A stretch of 64,000 nt of DNA. It comes from a virus (Duplodnaviria; Caudoviricetes). Positions 1-13,300 of this stretch are shown here, one piece after another. A model generated the notes under the pieces. The model saw nothing but the letters and a program-made list of their open reading frames with translations. It was not told where the DNA came from and made no database searches. A program made the translations under genes and the position numbers. The stretch lies in IMG/VR virus record IMGVR_UViG_3300043021_000113, one strand, 5' to 3'. Every line of letters begins with the position of its first letter. The stretch's first letter is position 1.

Positions 1-1
1 G

Positions 2-3000
2 AATGTTATTAAATCTCCAATTATTGAATATTCGATGCGTTCTGGATCGTTAGTTCAAAAGCACAATGCAGACACTGTTCGTGCTTTATCAAAAACTATG
101 CATTATTTACAGGTTGGAGATGTAAGTTCGCAAATTAGAAATATTCTTGCAGAAGCTAAAAAATGGAATCAAGACATAGTTCTTAAAAATATACAAACAG
201 AGAATTTGTTTAGGGGTTGTAAAATGGGTCAAACAGCCGATGATGTAAAAGCTTTTATTGATTTTTTAAAGAAAAATGGAACAGATATGAAATCTGTTGC
301 TATTATATATGATGAAGAAAGCGATTATTTATTCGACCAAATAAAAGATTACAATCCGGATATTATAAAAATAAAACGTGATGAAGTTCAAGGTTCGGAA
401 TTTGATTATGTAATTTGTACTAGTGACATAAAAAATCCAAGTACAGATTTAAGAGCTGATAATGGTTTAACTTCTGCACGTGAGTTTTTATCTTATACTA
501 AGAAAATAAATACTCTTTTAAGTAGAGCTAAATTTGGAACGATATTTACAGGTAAAAATGATTTTACAGTTCAACAAGTAGAACGTGACACTAACCTTGT
601 ATTTGATAAAGACAAATCCCAAGAATTCCGAGATGTTAGAATAAAAGCTCTTGATGAATCTTTAGGTGAATATAAACCAGAAAAAGCAGAAGTTAAAACT
701 GAAGAAACAACAACTGAAGATAGAAAAGGAGAAGGCAAAGAAAGACTGCCTAATAAAACAGAACTTGAAGTTTCAAATGAATTGGGAGAAACTAAAGGAG
801 TAACTCTTGATCAACCAATAGAAGCTCAAGAAAGGGGAGCTTGCACTTTTAACAAGAAAGCGCATGGTTACACTCAATTTTCAAACTTTGGTTTTAAGCA
901 TAACATAACTTATGATGAAAACGGACAGCTTGTTTTAAATATTACCAAACAGCCGTCAAAATCTCAAATAAACAAGAAATTTTATCTTGACTTATCAAAT
1001 TATCTTGATAAAACAGTTTATACAGGAAACGAAGCAGAAACAATGCGTCTTAAAATGAAAGATTATGAAGCTAAAAGAAAATTTATAATCGATCAAATGA
1101 TAAACTCAGATATGAAACAATCTGAACTTGACGCGTTTTTAAAAGAACAAATAAAAGAAATTAAAGATTTAAAATTAGGAGATAGTTTTGACGGTGTTTA
1201 TGATGGCGTAGAAGTTCTTTTAACTGACAAAACAGATGCTGATTTAAATTGTGAAGCAGGAAGTCAAGATACAGTAAAAGTTGGTGATAAAATGATAAGG
1301 ATTGCAATTAAACTTAAAAATGGCAATTTTAATCCATCAACTGGTAAAACAGTAGAAACTAAACCAACTTATATAGTATTAGCAACAGTTAATCAAGAAG
1401 AGTTCAAAAATCAAAATTCAACAATGTTTGCTTCAATGGAACAAGATTTAAAGAAAAATGGTTTTGCAACTCGTAAGGTTTCAGCTGATGCTTTCAGACC
1501 AGCAGGTATTCATACTTACATAATGCCAAAAACAGGAGCTAGGGTTTCTTTAAGAGAATATATGGATTCTCCAGAATATAAGGTTATATCTAAACCTTAT
1601 ATTTTTACAGGAAAAGATGACCATTTAAAATCAATTACTGAATCTGGATCTTTTGCTGAAATAAGAGAAAAACTAGAAGCTTACCAAGGCTTAAATGGTC
1701 GTCCAGTTGTTTTTATTTCTAAGAGAGCAAAAGGAAATGAAGCTTCGGAAATGGACATTGACAAAATGGCTCTTGACTTTATAAATGACAGAATAGATAA
1801 TAAAACCAACACTGAGGTTAACATGGTTGTTCTTCAACCTAATTCTTACAAGAAATTTTCTGATTTTAGGAATGCTTATATGAAAGAAATTGTAAGTATT
1901 CGTGCTTTTGATAATAAAGCAGAAAAAGCAAAACGTCTTGACTCTTTCGCTAGTAAGTACATGGGACTTTCTATTCTTGAAGAAATTTACGCTTTTAAAG
2001 CAGCAATGGATCAATTCGGAGCTAAGACTTTAAGATATGCTAAGAAAGAATCTATGAGTTGGGAACAAAAAGTCAAAACTCTTAAAGATACATTAAATAA
2101 TGCTGGAATAAATGTTACAGAAGCAGAGGCTAAACAATTAATGTTTGATTATAACACAATTGATGATATATGTTCTTTTATGTCTAAAATTTATTTCTTA
2201 GATTATAAGAACATAAATGGCAATTATGTTGTTACTTATAAGGGAGAAGATAGAACAGCGGAAATGGTAATTAACGGAGAGTTAGACAAAAACAAAAAAG
2301 AAAGAAGCGTTTTATATGATAAATATTATTCGGCGGAAAACTGTTATGGTTTCGATTTTGTTTCGATTTTATCTACTCTTTGTTCAATTGCTAGACCATC
2401 AAAAGCTGACCATGCAAACCAACAATGCTTCGAATCTTACGTAGCAGCTATTAAAAAGAGAATTGATGAAACAGGAGAAACTATAATTAAAGAAAATTTC
2501 TTTGATGAAGCAAAGAATTTGCAATATTGGTTACCAGCACTTGATAGGGTTTTATCAACTGATAATAAAGTAAGAACAAGTAGATTTTATGGAGAAGGAA
2601 AAGGTTTTCAATATAGACCAACCTTTAAAGGTAAAGGTAATTCGGACACAAATTATGTTGAATTTGCGGATGAAAACGGAGGTTTAATTTATGATAATTT
2701 ATACATAAACGATGCTATCGTATGTTCTCAAAGATTCCATTTAGACTTAGAAAATGGAGTTTTAACTGATGTTCAATATGCAGAGAAAAAAGCAAATGAA
2801 AATAAAATTCTTGAACAAAAGAAAGAACAATTAAGAAATAGTATTTTATTACAATTGCCTTTATTATCTGAAGCAGACAATAAAAATATTGAAAATTCTT
2901 TTCAAACTAAACCTTACGAAGAGTTTGTAAAGGATGTTGAAAAAATAATCAAAAATTCTGCTAATATTAAAAACGATCTTTCAATATATAAAGCAGAAGT

Positions 3001-4015
3001 TAAAAATGGAACATTAGTTATTGAATCAATGGTTCAACATTTAACAAATACAGGTTTAATTGATCCGCAAATTAACTTTGCAAACAAAAAAGTTGTTTAT
3101 AAAGACTCGGAAGGTAACGAATATTCGGCAGATTTAAATTCTAATGGTAAAATATCAAACGCTGTTATTACTAAGCCAAAAGACACAGAAGAAAAGAAAC
3201 CAGTTGTTGATGAGAAAAAAGAAGTAGATTTTGATAATAAAGAAGCTTTAAATATATTTAACAATGTTTATAAAACATCTGATTTTGAAGAAGTAATATA
3301 CAATAGAATTGATGATTTATATTTAAATTCTGAATATAACATCGAACAATTAACAGATGATTTGTTAAAACAAACAAAAATTGATCTTAGAGATGAGATA
3401 ATTTCTGAAATGAGAGAAGAAATAAACCGTAAAGGATTAAGTCAAGATTTAATAAACAGTGATGTTATAAATAAAATTGATGAATTTATTAATAATTCTG
3501 TTGATGATTTATTAAATAATTTTAAATCTGAAAAAGCAAGACATAAACGACTTGGAGACGAAACAGAACAACACATTTTAAATAAATATTCTGGCTTTAT
3601 AAATGCAGCTATTGATCAAGCTTTAGGTGATGCAACATTAGATGAAAATTTCCTAAAAAACATTGATAAAATAACTGAAACAATAACTAATGAAATATTA
3701 GAAACTAAATTTTCTGCGGAAGATTCAAGAACATTAGGAAAAGTTATAACTGATGAAATGATCGCAATTTCTAAAAATTATCAAGACGACACATATGTTC
3801 TCGATGAAGCAATATATGATAGCGTTTATGCATTTATACATACCAACCTTGAAAACAAAACAGAAAGAGGCAAGATGTATCAAAATATTTTAGTAAATTT
3901 GCAAAATGCAAAGACATTTAACGATGTTAAATCGCTTTATGAAGAAGCATTAAGAATCGGAAAAGAAAATGACTTTGAAATTGAAGTTGAAAATAAATTA
4001 AAAGAATTATGTTGA
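2..4015 (+). CDS. Giant virion/ejection-associated protein, 5'-truncated by the window, with SF1 helicase C-terminal motifs
   Basis: Frame is open from position 2. Motifs VQGSEFDYV and LLSRAKFG resemble SF1 helicase motifs V and VI. Lies directly upstream of the RNAP gene. Confidence 0.6.
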   Translation, partial: NVIKSPIIEYSMRSGSLVQKHNADTVRALSKTMHYLQVGDVSSQIRNILAEAKKWNQDIVLKNIQTENLFRGCKMGQTADDVKAFIDFLKKNGTDMKSVAIIYDEESDYLFDQIKDYNPDIIKIKRDEVQGSEFDYVICTSDIKNPSTDLRADNGLTSAREFLSYTKKINTLLSRAKFGTIFTGKNDFTVQQVERDTNLVFDKDKSQEFRDVRIKALDESLGEYKPEKAEVKTEETTTEDRKGEGKERLPNKTELEVSNELGETKGVTLDQPIEAQERGACTFNKKAHGYTQFSNFGFKHNITYDENGQLVLNITKQPSKSQINKKFYLDLSNYLDKTVYTGNEAETMRLKMKDYEAKRKFIIDQMINSDMKQSELDAFLKEQIKEIKDLKLGDSFDGVYDGVEVLLTDKTDADLNCEAGSQDTVKVGDKMIRIAIKLKNGNFNPSTGKTVETKPTYIVLATVNQEEFKNQNSTMFASMEQDLKKNGFATRKVSADAFRPAGIHTYIMPKTGARVSLREYMDSPEYKVISKPYIFTGKDDHLKSITESGSFAEIREKLEAYQGLNGRPVVFISKRAKGNEASEMDIDKMALDFINDRIDNKTNTEVNMVVLQPNSYKKFSDFRNAYMKEIVSIRAFDNKAEKAKRLDSFASKYMGLSILEEIYAFKAAMDQFGAKTLRYAKKESMSWEQKVKTLKDTLNNAGINVTEAEAKQLMFDYNTIDDICSFMSKIYFLDYKNINGNYVVTYKGEDRTAEMVINGELDKNKKERSVLYDKYYSAENCYGFDFVSILSTLCSIARPSKADHANQQCFESYVAAIKKRIDETGETIIKENFFDEAKNLQYWLPALDRVLSTDNKVRTSRFYGEGKGFQYRPTFKGKGNSDTNYVEFADENGGLIYDNLYINDAIVCSQRFHLDLENGVLTDVQYAEKKANENKILEQKKEQLRNSILLQLPLLSEADNKNIENSFQTKPYEEFVKDVEKIIKNSANIKNDLSIYKAEVKNGTLVIESMVQHLTNTGLIDPQINFANKKVVYKDSEGNEYSADLNSNGKISNAVITKPKDTEEKKPVVDEKKEVDFDNKEALNIFNNVYKTSDFEEVIYNRIDDLYLNSEYNIEQLTDDLLKQTKIDLRDEIISEMREEINRKGLSQDLINSDVINKIDEFINNSVDDLLNNFKSEKARHKRLGDETEQHILNKYSGFINAAIDQALGDATLDENFLKNIDKITETITNEILETKFSAEDSRTLGKVITDEMIAISKNYQDDTYVLDEAIYDSVYAFIHTNLENKTERGKMYQNILVNLQNAKTFNDVKSLYEEALRIGKENDFEIEVENKLKELC

Positions 4016-4016
4016 T

Positions 4017-7000
4017 ATGATTTGCGAAGGATTAAACCCTTTTATGGCTTTACGTTTAGATAAGTTCGTAAAAGAAAATAATTTACAAGACAAACCAAGT
4101 AGAGAGATTTTCCAATCTCTCTCTGGTTTTATAAAAACACAATTTGGTTATGACGTAGATTTAAGCAACGATTTTTCGGAGCTTAACAGTCTAGTTGGAA
4201 ATATAATGAATTTGTCTGAATTAATAGAAACAGAAGATAAAACAGACGAAGAAGACGATTTCGTAATAACTGATGAAAAATTAAAAGATGAAGGAATAGA
4301 AGGTGACGCTATAGAAGGCACAAAAAATGAAGATTCCGAAGAATTAAACAAAAAGAAAACTCTTATTATTAAACCAGCACGCGTAGTGACAGTGTCAATA
4401 AATGATGATATAGAAACGCCACAAGATATTTTAAGAGTTTATTTTGGCGATAATACGACTCAGTATAATATTTTTAAAAATGGTTTTATAAGAGATATTA
4501 TCCAGCGTTCAATAATTAATTTTAAAACTGGAAACGAAGGTGTGATAAAGTCAAGTGATGACATACAAAGCAACATTGAACGTTATTATGGAGAAAATAT
4601 AAAAATACTTACTGATACTTTAGGGATAACTTATAGTGAAAGAAGAGATCTTATCCCTTATTTATTAGGAAACACAGATCTTGCCAATTCTTCGAATTAC
4701 GAAGTTAGAGGAGCTTATATTAAAGTAAAATATTTTAATAAGCTTATTTCTTCCATTTATAGGGATTATCTCCCAATTTCGGAAAAAAACGGTAATTATG
4801 AGCTTTTAAGAAAACATAAACAAAAAAACAATTATTCTGATTCTTTGGTAAATTTGTTTGATGAAGTCCCAAAAATTGTTAATTCAGTAATTAATAGTAT
4901 AAACATAATTGATCGTAACGGAAAGTTAATTGATACAAAATACATGAATACCGTTACCGCTTCAATGACAATGACTAATATTAAGGAAGCGGACATTTTA
5001 AAAACAAATTCAAGAGAAGATATAGAAGAAACAATGCGAGAATCAATGGTTGCTATATTAACAAGTGACCATTTAAGAGGTAAATTTGTAAGCGATCTTG
5101 ACAATATAGTTACACTTTACAATTATTTTTTTAAGCTTGACAATGACACTATAGATCTTAAATATAAAAACCCAGAAGTTACCTCTCTATTACAAATTAA
5201 ACTTAGAGATTATCAAGGTTCAAATATTCAAGACAACATAATTCATAACGCATTTAATGCTTTAGTTAACAAATCAGTTAGTCAATCATACGTTAGCTTA
5301 GAAAAAAACATTGAAGGATTATATGACCGAATAGAAATAAAAGCGAGAATAGTTGATAATTACATGTTTCAATTGAAAAAATCACTTGACGGTTACATTT
5401 TCAATGCTAATTTTGACAATGAATATCAAGCTAAAGTTGGAGATTATAATTTTTCGGTTGATGGTCCAAATGGTAATATAAGAGTAAATAGTGGACACGT
5501 TACACCATCAAAAGCCATGTTTTCTAAAGCAGAATTCCCAACTGGTGAATGGTGGAATAATCCAGAAGCGTTACCATCTAATCAACGCATGGTTTATGAA
5601 ATGTTAAAAGTTGTTAAAGATCTAACACAAATCGACACTATAGGTTATGAAGGAGAAATTTTCAAAAACCTTAGAATAACTGATCTTAGCGAATTTTTAT
5701 ATTCGGCTTTTGAAGTGGCAAGCGCAACATCTATGTATACCAAAAAGCAAAAGGCTTTAAATGACATGGACGAAATAAACAAAAATAAAATTCTAAACAA
5801 CGAAGCTGTAAGAAAAGTTACTTCTGGTTATAAATACGTTCCATTTTCTAAAGGATCTTTGGATAAAAAATACATGCCGTTTATTTCTAAGTTATCTGAC
5901 GCTCAAATGATAGCAAACGGAGAACAATTCAAATCTATTTCTAGAGATTTAGCGGGAAATGGACAACCGAATTCTTCTATTATTAATTTAATAGGTGATA
6001 TTCAAAATGCCATTAAAGATGCATCAAAAACTAATAATAGAAATTTAATAGCAGAAAATCAACAACTCATAAAATCTGTTACTTATAGAGCAGATGTTAT
6101 GGATGAAAACGGAAAAGTAAAATCTCACAAGAAATTTAACGCTGGAGAAATTACTTATCAAGCTATATTTCATGATTTTATAATGAATCTTAAAAATGGC
6201 TTCGTTGAAATGGAGCCTACCGTTTATGCTGATAAATTCGGTCAAGCAATGTTAAGAATTGACATAAATTCTGACTTAAGAGTTAATGGTATAAATAGAG
6301 GTTCAATTAAAAAGCTTTTAGCTGATCCACACGCAATGTCTCAAATATATTTTGAAACAATGCAAGCTCAATATAAAGCAATTTATGATAGGCTAATAAA
6401 TGACTATTCAATAATAATGGAGCGTCCAGTTAATAGCTTACAGGCTATCGATCAATTTTTAGCTGGACTTGATGTAAGCCTTTATGATTACGTAAAGAAT
6501 AAAAACATAAATATTGATATTCAATCTTTATTCCATTTTCAAGGGAGACCTGGAAATCAAAGCTTAAATAGACTTATTCTTCAAAAAATGGTTGAATATG
6601 GAGTTATTGGTGAAAGAGACAATAAAGCGTTTTTATCTAAAATGAAAAGAGAAGATAAAAAGTTTGCTTATATGTTCGACAAATACGCTCCAAAAATAAC
6701 CGTTGTTGATGAAGTAGGAGAAATTACAGCTGAGTTTAACGCTATAGTTGACAATTATTTTGAAGCTGTTTTTGGAGAAAAAAGCAAGAAAAAACTTACT
6801 GAAGAATATTTGAACGATTGGATAAATGAAGCTGGACAATTAGTACCTTATAAATTAAAAGCAGGGAATAATAAAGCTCTTGATAGAGAAATAAATTATT
6901 ATGATATATTCAAAGAAGGAACAACTGTTGAGCTTAACCCTTTATTTAGAGCTGTTCAAGATACACATAGGCTAGTAATAAATAACTTTAATCAATTAAT

Positions 7001-10000
7001 AAATGGAGGAGCTTTTGCTCATGCAATAAAAACCGATTTTATAAAAGAAGAAAAAGGTTTTAAAAATGACCATAACGCTTCTCAATATATAAAAACAAAT
7101 GATGAATTAGAAGATTACATAAATAATGCTTCTTCTGATTCTATAGAGTCAGCACATGTGTCAGCCATGTTTAAACGTATGGTTAACATGCAAGCAAAAA
7201 TACATACGTTCACGCAAGGATTAATAACTGGTATTCCAAAACACGCAAAAATGATGGTTATGAAAGACTTTAGCAAGAAAGTTTGGAATGCAGCAGGAGT
7301 TATTAAAAATCTAGACACAGACGATGGTTCTGGTTATTCTCCAGGTGTTGCTAATGTTCTTTATCAATATAGCTTAGGAGATTTTAGAAATGACACCTCA
7401 AGCTTAAAATTAATTAGACACGCAACAGATGCAGACACACAAGTTGCAGAACTTGACAAATACGCCGTACAAATAGCAACTAATCAAGCTTGCAGACAAT
7501 CGGAAGCTTCAAAAAGGCCATTTTCTGAACTTCAAAATGCGATGTTATCTGCAATTAAATTTAATGAAGTTTTCCCAGAAGGAACAACAAATTTAAATAT
7601 TCTTGATTATTTATACGAAGGAGACGGAAGACATTTAAAAGTTGAAAACTTACAAGAAGCAATACTTAATTATACAGATTTTGCAGAAGACAACGAAGCA
7701 GAAAATAACCCAGAAGTTGAAAAATTACTACCTAATGTTTTAAGAAATAGAAACATAGCTTACAGTAGAAATGGAGAAAATGTTTATAACCATTTAATGG
7801 GTATTACTTATTTACAAGAAACCGGAGGTTATGCTTTATTATATAAAGCAACCGATATTGCAGGAAAAGATGTTGACACTTTTGAATCAAACACTGTTCA
7901 ATTACCCAATGGTTATTTTGTTAAAGTAATAAATGGTGACACATTGCTTGATTGGTTCAATGCTTTTGGTGGTATTTACTCAGTAGATGCTAAAACAAAA
8001 GAATTTAACGATAACAGCAATTATGCTTTAGCTGATCTTATAAATAACGTTATAATTAAAAAGTCAAATTTTAATATTGCAGCAATTCAAGCTGTTTCTC
8101 CTTGGGAAACAATGCCTAATAAAAACTTAGGAATAATTAATCAAGCCAATTATTATCAACCTTTAAAACATGCTCTAATTTATCAAGTTAACAATACAAC
8201 TGGAATGAAAAATGGAGCAAAGAATATTAATAACAATTGGCTTAAAGGTAACAATCGTTGGTTTGTAACTGATACTTCTTATTTTGGAGTACAAGGAAAT
8301 TTTGACCATAAATTCGATGATGAGGATGAAGCAAGAAGTACTGAATCTTCGCAGATGATCCTTGCAGCTCAAATTAACGGTTATAAATTTAACAATGTAG
8401 ATAAGCTTTACAAAGCACTTAGTAAAGTAATACAATATACAGCTAAAAATGAAATTGAAGCATCAATGGATGGAAAATCAGCTGAATTTTTAGCTAGAAA
8501 AGTAACTGAACTTATCGGTGAAAAAGAAAGAATAGGACTTGCTCAATCTTGGAATGATAAAGTAATTCGTGAGTGGGAAGCTGAAGGCTTAGAAGTTAAT
8601 TATAAAAATTTAGCAAGTAAACAAGCTTTCAGCGATCCAAATTTCTTTAATGTTATTGTTTCTTCTTTATCTTCTGCTATTAATAGAGGAGCAATTAGAA
8701 GAGACATGTCCGGTATAGCAGCAATTCTTGCTCCTGGTGAAGATTTAATAACTGTTGTTGACACAATAGATGATAACGGAAAACCGAGAATTTCTATGTC
8801 AAATGATATGTTAGCAACACTTAGAGCTAAAATAAACAAAGATCCAGAATATAAAGATAACATAGCCAGAGATCTTGCTTATCAAGACGCTTTACAAGCT
8901 TTTCGAGAAGGACGAAATCCTTTATCTGAAAAAACACCAGTTCCAAGAATAACTGCTTATGGTATTTATCAAGCAAATATAATGCTTGAAGATGGAAGAG
9001 CTATTTCAAAGCAATTTGAAGTAACAGATCCTAACATGTATTATAATATACAAAGAGGAAATTTAAATGCTGCTTTTAGTGATATATTAGCAATTGATGA
9101 TAAAGTAGCAAGTGTTGAGTATTTCAAATTATCAAGAACACCTAGAAATTTATTAAGTCGTCATTGGGTGTTTAACGCTGAAAATGGCGCTACTTATTGC
9201 GATTTAGATTTAAGCAGTGCTTATGATTTATTATTAAAACGTAAAGAATTAGGCAATAAAAACTCACCAGAGGATGAACAAAGAATAAAAAGTGAAATTG
9301 CCAGTCTTGAACAAGAACAACAAAGACAACTTGACGAAATAGAAAAAACAGGAATTTTAACTCTTCCTGATGGAACACAACTTAGAGGAACTCTTGAACG
9401 TAACGCAGGAGAAATTATAATGCCTGCTTATATGGCTACCAAATATGGCTTAAAAGAAGGAATGAGCCTAAATGACGTTAACAGAGAATTTTTCAAAAAT
9501 AGATATGAAAAATTCAATAATAAAGTTGCAAGAGGTGCAGAATATGCGTTTTTATCTGGAGAAGGTAAACATGTAAACGTTGTTGAAAGTTTGGATAATG
9601 TAAATTACAAAAAAGCAACTAAACTTGAAAATGTAAATGGTTACTTTGTAAATAAGAATGGATCTAGACTTTACGAAGCAATAAACAACAATCAAGAAAT
9701 GTTCATTGTTGATGGTCAAGTATTTTTAGTTTCAGATGTAAGAGATGCTTACAAATTTTTTAATAATAACAATTTTGCAGAAGTAAGAGCAGTTAATGAC
9801 ACACCAGCTACTCAATCTTACATGCAAACTTACGCTAAGCGTTCTTATTATTATTTTAAAAATAATCGTAGAAATTATCTTGAATTATTGTTTAATGATT
9901 ATTTAGATAAGGTCGAAGCCTCTTTTAATCAATCATTAAAAGTAATGGGTGTTCGTATTCCATGTCAAGCTTTGCAGTCAATAATGGCTATGAAAGTTGT

Positions 10001-10073
10001 TGGGTTTATTGAAGAACATTCAAACAGAGCTTATGTTCCAATTAAAAAGAATTGGATCGATGGAAGTGACTTT
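4017..10073 (+). CDS. crAss-like virion two-barrel RNA polymerase, exon 1 (spliced product about 3142 aa)
   Basis: 2024-aa ORF containing RIPCQALQS and ending WIDGSDF. Joining 10073 to 10365 restores GSDFDIDK, the DFDID catalytic motif of crAss-like RNAPs. Confidence 0.88.
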
Positions 10074-10364
10074 TGTATAAATAAAAAATAATGGAAGTCG
10101 TAAAATCGCGTGAACTGCGGGAAACTCCTTAGAGCTTTTTTATACTAACTTATGGTAGAAATATACATAAGGGCTGAACTAATCACTCAGAGATAGTAAA
10201 AAGTAAAAAAGATTGGACAATCCGCAACCAAGCGTCCAGTAATGGATGAAGGCTCACAGACTATCCTTTTATGGAGTAGGGGCGAAAGCTTCGAAGTGCG
10301 CGACACTAATTAAAAATTAGTGATGATATAGTCGAGCTTTACGTGAAAACGTAGAGGGTAACTG
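10074..10364 (+). ncRNA. Group I intron (291 nt, no ORF) in the RNAP catalytic motif
   Basis: 5' exon ends in U. P1 pairs GACTTT with GAAGTC including a U.G pair. P/Q elements ACTGCGGGAA and AATCCGCAA; P7 GACTA and TAGTC; terminal G at 10364; splicing is in frame. Confidence 0.9.
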
Positions 10365-13300
10365 GATATTGACAAAATCTACTTAACAGGCTTCAATGCC
10401 TCTAAAAATGGCATAATGGATGTTCACACATCTTGGTTTGATTATCGCTTTATGGACCAATCGTTCCAATTGCCATTTGCCGATGGAAAAGAAAAGAAAG
10501 TTGCTGAAAGACCAATTGCTCATAATTTTTCAGAACAGCAATTTTTAAATTTCCAAAGATATTTAGAAATGAACGAAGTTTTAACTCCTGAAGAATATCA
10601 AGACTTCGTCGATATAATGAACTTTATTTCTGAATATGAAATAATACCTAATGAATTAAAAGCTTTTGAAGGAGACATTAACGATTACTTCATGGATTCT
10701 TCAACAGAAGGAGAAAAGCTAACAGAAGCAACCAAAAATATTGTTTCTTATTATTTACACGATATTTCAAATTCTGTGGTAAATTCTATGGCTTCGGATA
10801 CACCGGTAACATCTGATACAACAGCAGCTGTTGCTTCTAAATCTGAAAAAGCTAGAGATGCTAAGCTTTTTTCAATGGATAATTACATGACGCTTCCAGC
10901 CATGAAACAAGCTAATTCTTATGGTAAAGATTGCATCGGTATTTCTGCTGTAGGCTTAAAATGTTTTAACACTTTAAGCTTTATGTATTCAAAAAAAATG
11001 TCTAATTTAGAAAAAGAATTAATACAAAAAGGAATAACTCCAGATGCAAGAGTTGAAGATTTAGACCAAGAATTAGTAAATCAAATTTGGCACGATTTAA
11101 ATATTAAAAAAGTAAATTTAGGTAAAAGAGATTATAACAAGTTAACACGACTTAAAGATAGAGCAGGAGTTTTAACTAATGAAGCAATAAATAAAGAATT
11201 AAAAAACTTCTTTACTGGCTTAGAAATAAACGGAGATGATATAGTATCAATTAATAATGTAAATTATAGATTAAACATTGTTGATGGTTACAAATATCTT
11301 TCCCCTTTATATGAAAACGCAAAAAGCATTGATCTTAGCAAGAGAAATGATGATTTATCGGCAATTGTTGAAGAAGCAGCTTTATTTATTGAACTTTTAA
11401 ATCAAACGGGAGTTAATCCAGCAGAATTAGCTTTAAGTAAAATTGAAGAAGAAACGGGAGTTTCTAACTTTATAAGAACTCAAGCAATAAATATCGCTGA
11501 TTATACAGGAGATCAAAATTTATTAATTGAAAAATACAAGTTATCTTCTGCAATTATTAATGCAAATTTAGTTGCTAACGTTAACTTTACAAATACTCCA
11601 ATATTAAATAATATTTACGGTCAATTCGTAAAAAATAATAATATAATTGATGTTAGATTAACAGCTGATAAAAGCTTAGATATGTCCGAGCTTGTGACAA
11701 TTTCAACAGATAATGCAAAAGAGCTTATCCTTGAAAAAATCAATGCAAGTCCTGCACTAATAGGTGTTTATTCTTATTTAACTTCTATTGGGTTACCTCT
11801 TGATGTTATAGCTGATTATATGATATCAAAAGAAGTTAACACAATTGCTAGTTTAGCAGAAAGCAACGTTTTTACTGGAGACAACATGAACGTTGATAAA
11901 GCAATTGCTAAAATAACTGGTATTCCTTATTATAGAAATTATCTTAAAGGTTGGGAAGCAATAAAACTTCTTCGTGGACCAAAGAAAAGTAATTCTAAAA
12001 CAAGCATGTTATATCGTGCTTTAGAAGCTTACAAAAAACATAGATCAACAAGTATTCAAGATGCAAAAATAGCTACAAGCATTCAAAATAATTTAGGAGA
12101 TTATGAAAAAGTAAAGCTTGGACAGTTATTCAGTGAATTTAACAAATTAGGTCCTAATGCTTTAAAAGCTCTTGCTGATGTAATAAAAGATGATTACCCA
12201 AAATTGGATAGCAAAATAAAACATGGAATGAAGCGTTATGAGAACGCAATTCGTGAATCTGTAAGCTATAAAGAAGATCTAGACATGGATTTTATAAATG
12301 CTTTTGCTGAGTTATATTTAGGAGCTGATGAATTAAAGCTTTTTGGATCAAGACTTAATATTAATCAAGGAATGAAAACAACTGCATTTGAGCTTATAAG
12401 TGGTTATAATCGATACAATAATACAGTTGCAAGATTTGCTAAGAAAAGAGATTTAGATTTAATGGAACTTTCATCAAAAGTAAATTTAGATGGAAGCCAA
12501 TTTGACATAAGCAATATTTATACCGGTAAACAAACAAAAGAACTTACGGATTTATACGATGCTTTAAAAATTCATCATAACATAGTTGAAGCTGAAATAA
12601 TGTCTCCTAGCTTTTCTTCAATGCATCTTGCCAAAGATTCCGCGGTAAATATTCTTAGGAATTCTTCAGCTAAATTTAAAGCTCTTGAACTAATGTATAA
12701 AACATTTGGTCAATATGCAAACGAAGATAACTTCAAGGATCTTATGGATTTTTTAAATAAAGACATAACGAATCTTTATCTTTCAAATCTTGATCTTGAT
12801 TATAACGTTAAAAAAGACTCTGAGATTTACAAAGACGAGGACGATAAAAAAATAAAAACAGAACGTGATTCTGTAATTTCCATTAAAAGCAAAAATGGAG
12901 TTGTAAACTTTAAAATATTAATGGAAAAAAGACTTCAAGATTTAAAGAAATTGTATCCTGAAAATCAATTTTTATCTAACATTGGTTACGATTCAATAGC
13001 TGATAAATTAACCAGGGCTGAATATACAATAATGAAGCCTAATAACTTAAACATGAATAGCATTTTAAGTGATACGGACATTTACAGATATTCTCAAATG
13101 GTAAATGGCTTCAAAGAGCTTACAAGTATAAAATCAGATTTTATCGATGGAATGAATATTTCTGATGAATTCATGCTTTATAATTTAATAATAAATAATA
13201 ATGGCTACAGTAAATCTTCTTTTTCAAGATTTTTTGATGAAGCGATAGATTCTGATTCTGAAAATATAATTTCTGATTATATGCGATTTGTTGGTAATTT

